Counted from the first letter of the stretch, positions 39,801-50,200 are shown. The stretch is DNA of 64,000 nt from Verrucomicrobiota bacterium (GCA_050012855.1 JBEKGJ010000002.1:24842-88841); one strand, 5' to 3'. The notes: generated by a model from the letters alone, not told the origin. Translations and numbers: made by a program.

Positions 39801-41111
39801 ATGAAACGCACAGCAACGCCGGGCAATGAAACTGGCTCAAATTCAAACTCACGGCGATACAGATACACCAAGGTTCTGGACAATCGCAAGCACGCAATTC
39901 GCGGCCTCTGGCGGCGCAATGGGAGCTTCGTCGCCCGGATCACCGTCGAAGATGATGCCGGGCGAAAGACGGTCAAATGGGTGCCTTTGGAAGCCGAGAC
40001 AACTGCCGAAGCGCAAGAGCAATTCCGAACGCTGCTGGTGGAGCGGGGGGAGGACCGGCTGCGACACATCGGCCGGTGCCCGAAGTTCTCTGACTACGTG
40101 GAACAGACCTACGAGCAGCGGTTGGCCACTTCGGGCAAAAAGCCGGACACGATGGTTACTGAGCACGTTCATCTTAAACAGTTGTGTGAGTCCATCGGGC
40201 ATCTGGCCCTCGACAAAATCCGGCCCTACCACATCACCGGCCACCTGCAAAAGCTCAAGGAGAAGGGCAAGGCCAACCGGACCTGCAACCTGGCGTTGGT
40301 GGTTTTGCGGAACGTGCTCAAGAACGCCAAGATAGACGGTTTCATCAAAAGCCTGCCGGTGGACGGTATCCCGTGGCAACGCAGCGAGAAGAAGGCCCGT
40401 CGGCTGTTCACCCGCGAAGATGTTGACCTGTTTTGCCAGGCCGGCTTCGCCGCGTCCAAGAACGGCACGGAGTTCGCCGATTACCTTCGGCTGCTGTCCT
40501 TCTGCGGTGCCCGCGAACAGGAAGCCATCAAGCTCCGCTGGGCGGACGTGGATTTCGAGCACAAGCTGCTCACCGTCGGCGCGGATGCCGACACGAAGAA
40601 CCGAGAAGCCCGACGCGTGGACTTCAACGCGGAATTGGAAACGCACCTCAAGGCCATGCACGCCCGCCGGGCGCCGGATTCGCAATGGATGTTCCCCAGC
40701 CCGCAGCGCGGCGAACAAGACGAGCGGGCCAAGACTTTCCGGGAATCGCTGCTGCTGACGCGCGCGGCGACTGGCTGGGCTTGTCTGGACTGCGGCAAGC
40801 TGACGTTCGGGAAGGAAGCTCCGAAAGCCTGCCCGCAATGCCAGGGCGTCCGGGTGGAGGCCAGGGAAAGGGCACTGCCGGAACACCTGCAACGGTTCGG
40901 CTTCCACGATTGCCGGCATCACTTCATCAGTTACGCGGTGATGAGCGGAATTGACTTTATGACGATTGCCCGCTGGGTAGGGCACAAGGACGGCGGGATT
41001 CTCATCGGCAAGGTTTACGGGCACCTGAGCAACGAGCACGCGCAAGCCCAAGCGGCGCGGATGAATTTCGGCCCGGCCATCGTGCCGCTCCCGGACGCCG
41101 CGACCGCCTGA
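39801..41111 (+). CDS. int: Tyrosine-type site-specific integrase
   Basis: Catalytic residues are in order: GAREQEAIKLRWADVDF (Arg), HDCRHHFISYAV (H-x-x-R), GHKDGG and KVYGHL (Tyr). A CLDC-X12-CPQC insertion sits before the HxxR box. The start ATG at 39801 is 80 nt from the tRNA 5' end. Confidence 0.9.
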   Translation: MKRTATPGNETGSNSNSRRYRYTKVLDNRKHAIRGLWRRNGSFVARITVEDDAGRKTVKWVPLEAETTAEAQEQFRTLLVERGEDRLRHIGRCPKFSDYVEQTYEQRLATSGKKPDTMVTEHVHLKQLCESIGHLALDKIRPYHITGHLQKLKEKGKANRTCNLALVVLRNVLKNAKIDGFIKSLPVDGIPWQRSEKKARRLFTREDVDLFCQAGFAASKNGTEFADYLRLLSFCGAREQEAIKLRWADVDFEHKLLTVGADADTKNREARRVDFNAELETHLKAMHARRAPDSQWMFPSPQRGEQDERAKTFRESLLLTRAATGWACLDCGKLTFGKEAPKACPQCQGVRVEARERALPEHLQRFGFHDCRHHFISYAVMSGIDFMTIARWVGHKDGGILIGKVYGHLSNEHAQAQAARMNFGPAIVPLPDAATA

Positions 41112-41558
41112 GCCGAAGGGCGTTTCCGCCCCCGCCCGTCGGGTTGACGGGCAGGGCTTCCCCTGCCGAAGCTCGACCCCTCGCCGCGGCCGGCTGGGGG
41201 GCGGGGGTTAGGAAGTCTCCTTTTTGGCCGGCACACCACCAACGGACCCGGCGCGCCCCCTTTTTGGCGGGGTGGCGTCAGCGTTCACTGTCGGTCGTGA
41301 ACCACAGGGGTCTTTGGGGCTTCCGGCGGCGGGCACCGCGTGTCCCCGCGTTCGGCAAATGAGGACTCCCCCTTTTTCCGCGCCGACCGTCCCCACGGTA
41401 CCCGGCCCCGGCCCCGCCATTCGTCCGGCGTCTCCGCGATGAGACTCCCGTTTTTCAAGGCCCCGGATTTTCCGGGAATGTCCGCCCGGCTCTGACCATT
41501 GGACACGGCATGTCCAATCATCCCTTGACACCCGCGCCCCAGCGGCCGATGGTCTGTC

Positions 41559-41981
41559 ATGGCCCGTTTCAGTGCCGCTAACGCCCGCGAAATGGCCGCT
41601 CGCTCCGTCGCTGTGCGAAAAGCAGCGGAAGCTCAACGATGCGCCGAGCGGGAGTCCGCCGCTCAGTTCCCGTCGTACCAGCGGCTCGGTTACGGGGAGG
41701 ATGGGTTTGCCGCGCGGCGTCTGGCCCGTGTCTCCAACCAAATCGAGCGGGTCAACAGCATGATTGACGGGGAGCGCGATCCCAGCCGGCTGGAGCGGCT
41801 AACCCGGGCGCTGTCAGTTCTCTACAACCTGGACACCCAGCTACGCCGCCCGGCCAGCGACAGCAAGGGCCGGTTAAGCCGGGCTTTCATGCGCGAGCAC
41901 AGCCGCGAAATGGTCAGCGGGTTCGCCGACACACCGCCGCCGCAAGACGAGGGCGCGGAGTCCGACGCCAACTTGGCCTAA
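41559..41981 (+). CDS. Hypothetical protein (element-borne)
   Basis: 140-aa ORF, MARFSAANAREMAARSVAVRKAAEAQR.... A TTGACA-N17-GATGGT motif ends 5 nt before its ATG. Its 3' end lies in repeat A, which flanks the TA cassette. Confidence 0.5.
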   Translation: MARFSAANAREMAARSVAVRKAAEAQRCAERESAAQFPSYQRLGYGEDGFAARRLARVSNQIERVNSMIDGERDPSRLERLTRALSVLYNLDTQLRRPASDSKGRLSRAFMREHSREMVSGFADTPPPQDEGAESDANLA

Positions 41982-42202
41982 GACGCCGCGGCGAGCGGTG
42001 GCGCGGTGTCCGTGAGGCGGTGAAGGCGCGGTCGGCCGCGGAGCCGGAGGCGCCCCAGCCCTCAGCGCCGCCGGTTGGTGCGCCGCCCCCAGCCAAAGGC
42101 CCGCGCCATTCCAAGGTCCGCGATCTGCACCGTTGACTCAGCCTTGCCCGCCACCGAAACAGTGGCCGACTGACTACGTCGCGCGCCAGTAGCGGCGGCC
42201 AA
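41942..42202 (+). repeat. Direct repeat A flanking the TA cassette
   Basis: Block 1 (41942-41978) matches 43482-43518 at 35/37. Block 2 (42131-42202) matches 43656-43727 at 69/72. The sequence between the blocks has diverged. Confidence 0.85.
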
Positions 42203-42265
42203 TTGCCGACCGCCGCCTTCCCGCTCGTGCCGCTGACCGCTTCACGTCGTCAGACGGAGCCGCTT

Positions 42266-42715
42266 TCAACTCTTGACGATTGAAACGCTTCCATCCCGGC
42301 TCACATGCGCTACGAATGGCGGCGACACGGTTGCGCAAAGTCTCTTCATCGCTGGCAGAGCCTTCACAAAAATCTGGCCGATTTCCGCGCCGCTCAAATC
42401 GCCTCGCGCCGTCAGCACGAAGGCGCGGACTTTGGCCGTCATCAGAGCGTTCGTCTCGACTGCGCGGTAACGGAGATGCTTGTCTTTGGTCAGCACGACC
42501 CAGCCTCGCTTGCCTGCTTCTGCGAGCCACGTTCGGTCTTGTGCGTCCTGCGGGAAATGGTCGTCGTGAAGCTCGATCTGCGCGCCAGCGGCGCGGAGGG
42601 CATCGGGAATGACACGACGCCCGAGGGAGCGGTCAACAAAAAAGACCAGTGGCTCAGGCGGCGAGGGCAAGTTCAACCCGGACTGCTTCTTCGACGTGTC
42701 CGCGCTCGCAGTCAT
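42266..42715 (-). CDS. DUF5615-type PIN-like putative toxin
   Basis: PLVFFVDRSLGRRVIPDALRAAGAQIELHDDHFPQDAQDRTWLAEAGKRGWVVLTKDKHLRY resembles the Mut7-C/DUF5615 PIN-like family that partners DUF433. The start is uncertain (ATG 42715 overlaps the antitoxin; a TTG near 42676 is possible). Confidence 0.6.
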   Translation of the reverse strand: MTASADTSKKQSGLNLPSPPEPLVFFVDRSLGRRVIPDALRAAGAQIELHDDHFPQDAQDRTWLAEAGKRGWVVLTKDKHLRYRAVETNALMTAKVRAFVLTARGDLSGAEIGQIFVKALPAMKRLCATVSPPFVAHVSRDGSVSIVKS

Positions 42716-43343
42716 AATCCTGGGCCAGTTCGTCAATGGATTCCCCCGCCTTGTAACGCTCCGCGACGATGCTTGTTGCAATGCCCCTCCGCGCTATCGC
42801 GGGACGACCAAAGGAAACATAGGGGTCAATGACGATGATCTTCGGCTCATCAGCCTCGCGCTTGCGGGTGAACGGATAGAGGCGGACGGCCAGCCCCCCC
42901 GCGTCGTGCTCCACGCGGCGCAAGTGGGCGGCGAGCATTTCCTTCATGGCCAACTGGCCCGCTTGCGAAACCGCGATCAGCTTCTCGAAGCGGGACAAAA
43001 ACAAATCCATGCCATCGGTTTGAAACTTGTGGTCCGCCAGCGGATGCGGGACGCGGAAATACCGGTTCACGTAGTCGAGCGCGGCGCGAACCTTGGGCAA
43101 CGGAATATCGTGCTCGCGGCGAATGGCGTCCAGGATGTGCGCTTCCACCAGATTGACGAACGAAAGCGAAGCTAGGTTCGAGTCCGGGAGTTCGATCAAC
43201 GGCTTGAAAAACCGCTGCCCCCGGCCGGTCGGGTAATAACGGCCACGCACCCACGAGCGCAACGTCGCCACGGGGATGCGCAGATAATGCGCCGCCTCGC
43301 CGATGCTGTAGGCGGGCATTTCACGCGGATCGTTGGACTTCAT
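42654..43343 (-). CDS. HTH + DUF433-type putative antitoxin
   Basis: The start ATG at 43343 gives MKSNDPREMPAYSIGEAAHYLRIPVATLRSWVRGR (MerR-like HTH). The C-terminus DPYVSFGRPAIARRGIATSIVAERYKAGESIDELAQDYDCERGHVEEAV matches the DUF433 pattern. Confidence 0.72.
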   Translation of the reverse strand: MKSNDPREMPAYSIGEAAHYLRIPVATLRSWVRGRYYPTGRGQRFFKPLIELPDSNLASLSFVNLVEAHILDAIRREHDIPLPKVRAALDYVNRYFRVPHPLADHKFQTDGMDLFLSRFEKLIAVSQAGQLAMKEMLAAHLRRVEHDAGGLAVRLYPFTRKREADEPKIIVIDPYVSFGRPAIARRGIATSIVAERYKAGESIDELAQDYDCERGHVEEAVRVELALAA

Positions 43344-43481
43344 CTGGCTCGTGTGCGGTTTGAACGGCGTTCTGTTTTGTATCGTGTCCGGGTGAACATA
43401 CGCGCTGCGCTGATTGCAGGAAAGGTCTATTTCATTCCGAAAAGGCAAGGCGGCGATTGGCGGCTGGCCGGCGCCACCAGC

Positions 43482-43727
43482 GCAAGACGAGGATGCGGAG
43501 TCCGACGCCAACTTGGCCGAGGACGCCGCCGCTCGCCTTGCGGCGCCGACCACCGACTCAGCGAAGCTCAGGCCCTTCTGCGGATGCGGCTCAATTCACA
43601 GTGAAGATCAGACGGCAATCTGAATCCTTGAGCCGCCAACGCCGGCCACGGTCGCCGTTGACACAGCCTTGCCCGCCGCCGAAACGGTGGCCGACTGACT
43701 ACGTCGCGCGCCAGTAGCGGCGGCCAA
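43482..43727 (+). repeat. Direct repeat B flanking the TA cassette
   Basis: See repeat A. In copy B the reading frame continues past ...ESDANLA (ORF 43414..43623), whereas copy A ends with TAA. Confidence 0.85.
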
Positions 43728-44187
43728 CCAATCAAGCCAGCAACCGCCGGATCGGGTCCGGGAGGCTGAACGGGTGCCACGCCGGGAAGCGGACATTGTT
43801 TGCCGTAGGATTCAGCTTCTACGCGGCACAACCCATTGCGACCAGCGATCTTCGGTGCATCACCAACACGCGCGGCGGGTTGGAAAGCCGCATGTAGTTG
43901 AGCTTGAATTCCAACATTGCCGCGCGTGCCTGTTCTGGCTATTCTCGATGGTGTTCGGAAAAAAGAAACGACGACAGAGCTTTAACACCAAAAACCATTT
44001 CGCGTAGCTACGGCTACGGTCTCACCCAAAAACCGCCAGTTTTACGAGTGCAGAGACCGACCGAGCACGCGCCCACACGGGCGCGGCTTGGCGTATTCTC
44101 TGCACGGGCGCCTGGCGGTGCCTTGGGTGGGGGTGCGTTGAGTTCGCGCCCCTTTTGTTCCGTGGTTCGCGGTTGCGCTCGCGCGCA

Positions 44188-47100
44188 ATGTCTGAGCCAA
44201 AACAAGAATCTGCGAAGTCAGTCAAGTCGCCTGTCACTGACTACCGGCACGCGACGAAACGCAAAAACAACCCGCCCGCTGGACTCGCGGCTTCCGGCGA
44301 AATCAAAGAAGCGCCCAAGCTCCATTTCGCCTACAACCCACACCTGCCGCCCAAACTCCGCTCCGATCCCACTGGCAAGGCGGATGCCCTGCCGGAACTG
44401 CTCCACGACGCCACCACGCGCAAGCTCACCAAAGACGAGGCCCGCCTAGTGGCCGATGCACTCCGCAACCAGGAGCCGTGGCTGGAATGGAGTGGCAAGC
44501 AGGAGAAAAAGGCGTTCGCGGTCGAGCCTGTGGCGCTCCACATTCACGAGCGCATTTCGGCGCAGGCCATTCTCAAGGTCGCGGCGCGGGAGGACGTGCA
44601 GCGCGATATGTTTGCCGACCCGCAACTCTCCTATCAGCAGGCCGTGCAGTTCTACGAGCATGACGTGGACTGGGCCAACCGCATGATTCTGGGCGACTCC
44701 CTGCAAGTGATGGCCAGCCTCGCTAGGCGTGAGGCGCTGGCAGGCAAGGTGCAGATGATTTACCTCGACCCGCCCTACGGCATCAATTTCAAATCCAACT
44801 TCCAGCCAGAAATTCGCAAGCGCGAGGTGAAAGACAAAGAGAGCGACCTGACTCGCGAACCGGAAATGGTGAAGGCGTACCACGACACCTGGACACTGGG
44901 CGTTCATTCTTACCTTGCCTACCTGCGCGACCGGCTCATCCTCGCCCGCGAACTGCTTGCCGACGCCGGCAGCATCTTTGTTCAGATCTCGGATGAAAAT
45001 GTTCACCGAGTCCGGTTGTTGCTGGATGAGATTTTCGAGGGCGGGAATTTCATCAGTTTGATAAGCTACAAGACAACGCAAAGCGCAGGCTCATCCAAGT
45101 TGGATACTTCCTGCGACTATCTGATTTGGTATGCAAGAAACCACGAGAAGTTAGAGTGCCGCGCCCTTTTCAAGAAGCTTGTCAGGGGCGAAAAAGGGGC
45201 AACGCGATACGATTTCGTTGAGGACATGGAAACTGGTGCGGTGCGTCGAACTACAGAGGAAGAAGAAGAGGCAAATGCAATACCGGACACTTGCAGGTTG
45301 TTTACCGACCAAGGTTTGACCTCGCGCGGAGAAGGTTCGGAAAACACGATGTCGGCAATCACATTTGAGGACGACAACTATTATCCATCCGTCGGACACT
45401 GGCGCACAACCGTTGCCAACATCATGGGGCGTGTAATCCCGGCGGGCAGAGTGATCAAGACCGGGAAAAACAAACTGAGATTCAAGAAGTGCTTTAAGGA
45501 TTTTGGTTGCTTAGAGTTAACGAACTTTTGGGACGACGTAGGGGGTGGAATACAGAGCAGGAATGACCCGAAGATTTATGCTGTTCAGACCTCCTCCTCA
45601 ATCATTCAGCGTTGTCTGTTGCTTACTACCAAGCCGGGAGACCTGGTTTTAGACCCGACCTGCGGCAGTGGCACGACTGCGTTCGTGGCCGAGCAGTGGG
45701 GGCGTCGCTGGATTACCATTGACACCAGCCGTGTGGCGTTGGCGCTGGCCCGCCAGCGATTGATCACGGCCAGGTTTGATTTTTACAAGCTGCGCGAGGA
45801 TGGGAAAGGCGTCGCGGGTGGCTTCGTCTGTGAAACCGTTCCTCACATCACGCTTGAATCTATTGCAAAGAACGTGGCGTTGGACGGCATCTTCGCCAAG
45901 CACCAGCCCATTCTCGACGCAAACCGCAAGATGTTGAACGAGGCGTTGAGGCGCGTCACTGCCGACCTGCGCCAGAAACTCAACGCCAAACTGCTCGAAA
46001 AGGAAAAACGCGAGGGCAAGAAGGCCGTGACTGAAGCTGACCGCCGCCGTTGGTCGCTGCCCAAAGAGCCGTGGCGCGAATGGGAAGTGCCTTTCGACGA
46101 GGACGAGGACTGGCCTGCCACGTTGCAGACAGCGCTTAAGAAATATCGGGCCGCGTGGCGGATGAAGATGGACGAGGTCAACGACGCCGTTTCCAAAAAC
46201 GCCGAGCCAGAGGAACTGGTGGACAAGCCGGAAGTGGCCAAGGGCGTGGTGCGGGTGTCCGGCCCGTTCACGATGGAAGCGGTGATGCCCGCCGAAGAAG
46301 GGCTTGAATGGGAAACCCCCATTGGCGGCGAGCTGGACGAGATGGAAACTTTCGGCGCTGAAGGCGCGGGCGAGTCTGTCGCAACCGCGAACGAACCCGC
46401 CAATGCCGAGGCGTATCTGGACAAGATGCTGCGATTGCTCAAGGCGGACGGCGTGCGCTTCCCGAACAACAAGGTAGCCAAGTTTTCGCGGCTTGAACGG
46501 TGCCAAAGCGGCGACTTTCTGCATGCCGAAGGTGAGTGGACGGCGGAGAATGGCAAAGAGCGAAAAGTCGCCGTGTCGTTCGGTCCGCAGTTCGGTTCGG
46601 TCACAGCCTATCAAGTGGAGCACGCCTTGCGGCAGTCACACAGGCGCGGGTTTGATGACTTGGTATTCGCCGGGTTCAGCTTCGATGCGACGGCGCAAGC
46701 GGTCATTCAGGAGGAGACGGACCTGCCCAAGCCAAAGGTCCGGCCCCACATGTCTCACATTTCCCCCGACGTGAACATGGGCGACCTGCTCAAGACCACG
46801 CCCAACTCGCAAATCTTCACCGTGTTCGGTACCCCGCGTACGGACTTGCGGCCCACGGCTGACGGCCAGTGGGAAATCGAAATGCAGGGCGTGGACGTTT
46901 ACAACCCGGTGGATAACACCATCCTGCCCACCAGCGCCGACAAAGTGGCGGCGTGGTTTCTGGACACGGATTACGACGGGCGGACGTTCTGCATCACCCA
47001 GGCATTTTTCCCGGATAAGAGAGCGTGGGAAAAGCTGGCCAAGGCGCTCAAGGGCGTGGTGGACGAAGCGGCGTTTGCCGCCTTGAGCGGCACGGTGTCG

Positions 47101-47208
47101 CTGCCGTTTCCGACCGGCCTACGCAAGCGCGCCGCGGTGAAGGTGATTGACCCGCGTGGCAACGAAGTGATGCGGGTGCATCGGTTGAACGGGAAGAAAA
47201 CATACTGA
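44188..47208 (+). CDS. mod: Type III-like R-M system DNA methyltransferase (Mod), beta-class N6/N4 MTase
   Basis: Motif IV (VQMIYLDPPYGINF) precedes motif I (LVLDPTCGSGTTAFVAEQWGRRWITID). About 500 aa of extra C-terminal sequence follow. The stop is 9 nt before res. Confidence 0.88.
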   Translation: MSEPKQESAKSVKSPVTDYRHATKRKNNPPAGLAASGEIKEAPKLHFAYNPHLPPKLRSDPTGKADALPELLHDATTRKLTKDEARLVADALRNQEPWLEWSGKQEKKAFAVEPVALHIHERISAQAILKVAAREDVQRDMFADPQLSYQQAVQFYEHDVDWANRMILGDSLQVMASLARREALAGKVQMIYLDPPYGINFKSNFQPEIRKREVKDKESDLTREPEMVKAYHDTWTLGVHSYLAYLRDRLILARELLADAGSIFVQISDENVHRVRLLLDEIFEGGNFISLISYKTTQSAGSSKLDTSCDYLIWYARNHEKLECRALFKKLVRGEKGATRYDFVEDMETGAVRRTTEEEEEANAIPDTCRLFTDQGLTSRGEGSENTMSAITFEDDNYYPSVGHWRTTVANIMGRVIPAGRVIKTGKNKLRFKKCFKDFGCLELTNFWDDVGGGIQSRNDPKIYAVQTSSSIIQRCLLLTTKPGDLVLDPTCGSGTTAFVAEQWGRRWITIDTSRVALALARQRLITARFDFYKLREDGKGVAGGFVCETVPHITLESIAKNVALDGIFAKHQPILDANRKMLNEALRRVTADLRQKLNAKLLEKEKREGKKAVTEADRRRWSLPKEPWREWEVPFDEDEDWPATLQTALKKYRAAWRMKMDEVNDAVSKNAEPEELVDKPEVAKGVVRVSGPFTMEAVMPAEEGLEWETPIGGELDEMETFGAEGAGESVATANEPANAEAYLDKMLRLLKADGVRFPNNKVAKFSRLERCQSGDFLHAEGEWTAENGKERKVAVSFGPQFGSVTAYQVEHALRQSHRRGFDDLVFAGFSFDATAQAVIQEETDLPKPKVRPHMSHISPDVNMGDLLKTTPNSQIFTVFGTPRTDLRPTADGQWEIEMQGVDVYNPVDNTILPTSADKVAAWFLDTDYDGRTFCITQAFFPDKRAWEKLAKALKGVVDEAAFAALSGTVSLPFPTGLRKRAAVKVIDPRGNEVMRVHRLNGKKTY

Positions 47209-47217
47209 GTCGCTGCC

Positions 47218-50200
47218 ATGCCTGCCGCCAAGCAACAGGAGATTCCGATTCAGCCGGTCAACAAGCCGATTCTGTGCAGCCCGTTTGAAGAACCAGGGGA
47301 GCACTGGCAATACAAGACCGACACCGGCGAGGCGTTTCGCGTGTCCACGCGCCGCCCCGGCGCGTACTGGTTCAAGAGCCGGCGCACCGGCACGGCGCAA
47401 AAGGAGTTCGGTTTCATCACCGAGGAAGAAAGCGAACCGCTGCCGCTGGTGAACGCGCTGCGGGAAGACGTACGCAAGTGGCGCGACGGCGGTTACGAAA
47501 ACGCCACGCCGGTCACGAGGCAATTGCTACGGCACTGGTGGAGCAAAGACCGTGCACGGCGTTTGTTCTTCTGCCAGTTGGAAGCGGTCGAGACGATTAT
47601 CTACTTGAATGAAGTGCTCGCCTCGGGAAAGAAGCCGCGCTGGAAACCGGCGTTCAGCGTCGAGGATTTTCACGCGCTGCGTCGAGGCGAGCGGCCAACC
47701 GGTTTAGAACTTCCGCCGAATCAACTGGTGTATCCATCGCTGGTGGACAAACCGAACGAGCCGGAGTTTCCGCCGCTCACACGCTACGGCTGCAAGATGG
47801 CGACTGGCAGCGGGAAAACCGTCTTAATGGCGATGTTGATTTCGTGGTCGTTCTGCAATCGAGGTCGCGTGCCAGGCGATACGCGCTTCCCCGATGCCGT
47901 CCTGGTGACGTGTCCGAATCTCACGATCAAGGAACGGTTGCAAGTCCTGCGGCCCGATAACCCGGACAACTATTACGAAGCGTTCGATCTGATTCCATCC
48001 TCTGAGCTTCGCGAGTTGTTGAGGCGTGGCAAAGTGCTCATCACAAACTGGCATTGGTTCAATCCCGAATCGCCGCACAGTGAGGGCGGCAGGAGTTTCG
48101 CGGTTGTCAACAAGGGTGAGGAAAGCCCCGAAGCCTTCGCGCGTAATCGTCTTGGCGAGCTTTACGATCGTGCGCCGATCCTCGTGTTGAATGACGAAGC
48201 GCATCACGCCTACAGGCCCGCCCCTGTCGGCCCGAATGAGAAACTGACGGCGGAAGAAAGGGTTGAACGTGAGGAAGCCACAGTCTGGATTTCCGGCCTG
48301 GACACGATCAACGCCGCGTGCGGCATCAAGTTCTGCGTGGACTTATCCGCCACGCCTTTTTATCTGTTCGGCAGCGGCTACGTCGAAGGCTCGCCGTTTC
48401 CGTGGCTGGTGAGCGACTTCGGTTTGGTGGACGCGATTGAATCCGGCATCGTGAAGATTCCACGCATCCCCGTGAGCGACACCACCGGCAGGCCGGAGCC
48501 GAAATTCTTTACGTTGTGGAAGCAGATTACCGCCAATCTGCAACCGGGTGAGAAATTGCCCGGTGGCAAGCCCAAGCCGGATGTTGTGTGGCGCGAAGCG
48601 GAGGATGCGTTGACTACGCTGGCGGCGCAATGGAAAGAACGTTTTGAGTATTACCAAAACCGTGAGCCGGGTAAGGAGCAAGTGCCGCCTGTGATGATCG
48701 TGGTCAGCGACAACACCGACATCGCCCAGCTTTTCTACGAAAACCTCTCCGGTGAGCAGACGGTGGAAGTCGTCAATGCCAACGGGAATGAGAAAGACGA
48801 CGAAGACGAGGAAGAAGAACCGACCGCAAGAAAGAAGAAGCCAAAGACAAAGACGGTTTACGGAACTGGCAAACTGTTTCCGGCGCTTTTTTCAAACAGT
48901 GAGGGGTGCAAGCCGACGCTTCGGATTGACTCGAAATTGCTGGCAGAGGCGGAAAGCGAAGATCCAAACGCGAGTCGCAAAGAGGCCGCAGAGGAATTGC
49001 GGCAAATCGTGGACTCCGTAGGCAAGCCGGGTAAACCCGGCGAGCAGGTGCGCTGCGTGGTTTCCGTGCAAATGCTTACCGAAGGATGGGATGCGAACAA
49101 CGTCACGCACATTCTCGGCTTGCGGGCGTTTCACAGTCAGTTGCTCTGCGAGCAGGTTGTCGGGCGCGGTCTGCGGAGGATGGACTACACCGTTGACCGG
49201 GAAACCGGATTGCTCACCGAAGAATACGTGGACATTTACGGCGTGCCTTTCTCGGTGATTCCGTTCAAAGGGCGCAAGCCGGGTGGCGGACCTGAGATAG
49301 TGGACAAACCGAAGAATCACGTTTGCGCACTCGATCAACGCGCCGCGATGGAAATGCGGTTTCCCATTGTTGAAGGCTATGTGGTTTCGCTGCGGCAGAA
49401 TTTCATCAAGGCGGATGTCGGCAAGATGGAAACGCTGCGCCTTGAACCTTTCCACATGCCCACGGCGGTTTTTGTGAAGCCACAAGTCGGCTATCAGATG
49501 GGCACGCCATCGTTGACGGGCGGCTTTCAGTTTGTGGAGCAAGACCGCGAAGCTTACTACCGCGAAACGCATCTCCAAACGATCAAGTTTGAAATTGCGC
49601 GGCTGGTTGTTTGGGCGCTGACTAACGCGACACCGCTCGGCACGCCGAAACTGCGGCTGCGCTCGCGTCACCAGTTGTTCCCGCAGGTTTACCGGCTGGT
49701 TGAGGAATACGTCAGTCGCAAGGTGGATTTCCACGACTGCCACTCGTGCGAACTTGGCTTGCAGACCTACGTGCAACGCACTGTCGAACGCTTGCTTGCC
49801 GCCATCGAACCTGACGACGCCAAAGGCGAACCGCCGTTGTTGCCGATTCTGAATCGCTCCAAGCCAATCGGCAGTTCAGCGGAAGTGAGCTTCCCAACAA
49901 TCCGGCCCTGCTGCGGCACGTTCAAGAGCCACGTCAACCAGGTAGTTCTCGACACTGACACTTGGGAGCAGACGGCAGCGTTTCGCTTGGAACAGTCGAA
50001 GGCGGTGAAGTTCTACGTTCGCAACGATCACTTGGAACTCACCATTCCTTACGAATACCTCGGCGTCAGCCACAGCTACATTCCAGACTTCATCGTGCGT
50101 CTGATGAACGACGTGAACTTGCTTCTGGAAATCAAAGGCGATGTTCCTGATAAAGCGCGAGCCAAACACCAGGCGGCGCGTCGGTGGGTTTCAGCCGTGA

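Noticed and set aside
43774-44449. Small + ORFs 43774..44007 and 43898..44449 upstream of and overlapping mod.
   Set aside because: They have no motifs. The second overlaps the well-supported mod start at 44188 in another frame. I treated the region as a non-coding leader containing the nested inverted repeat.
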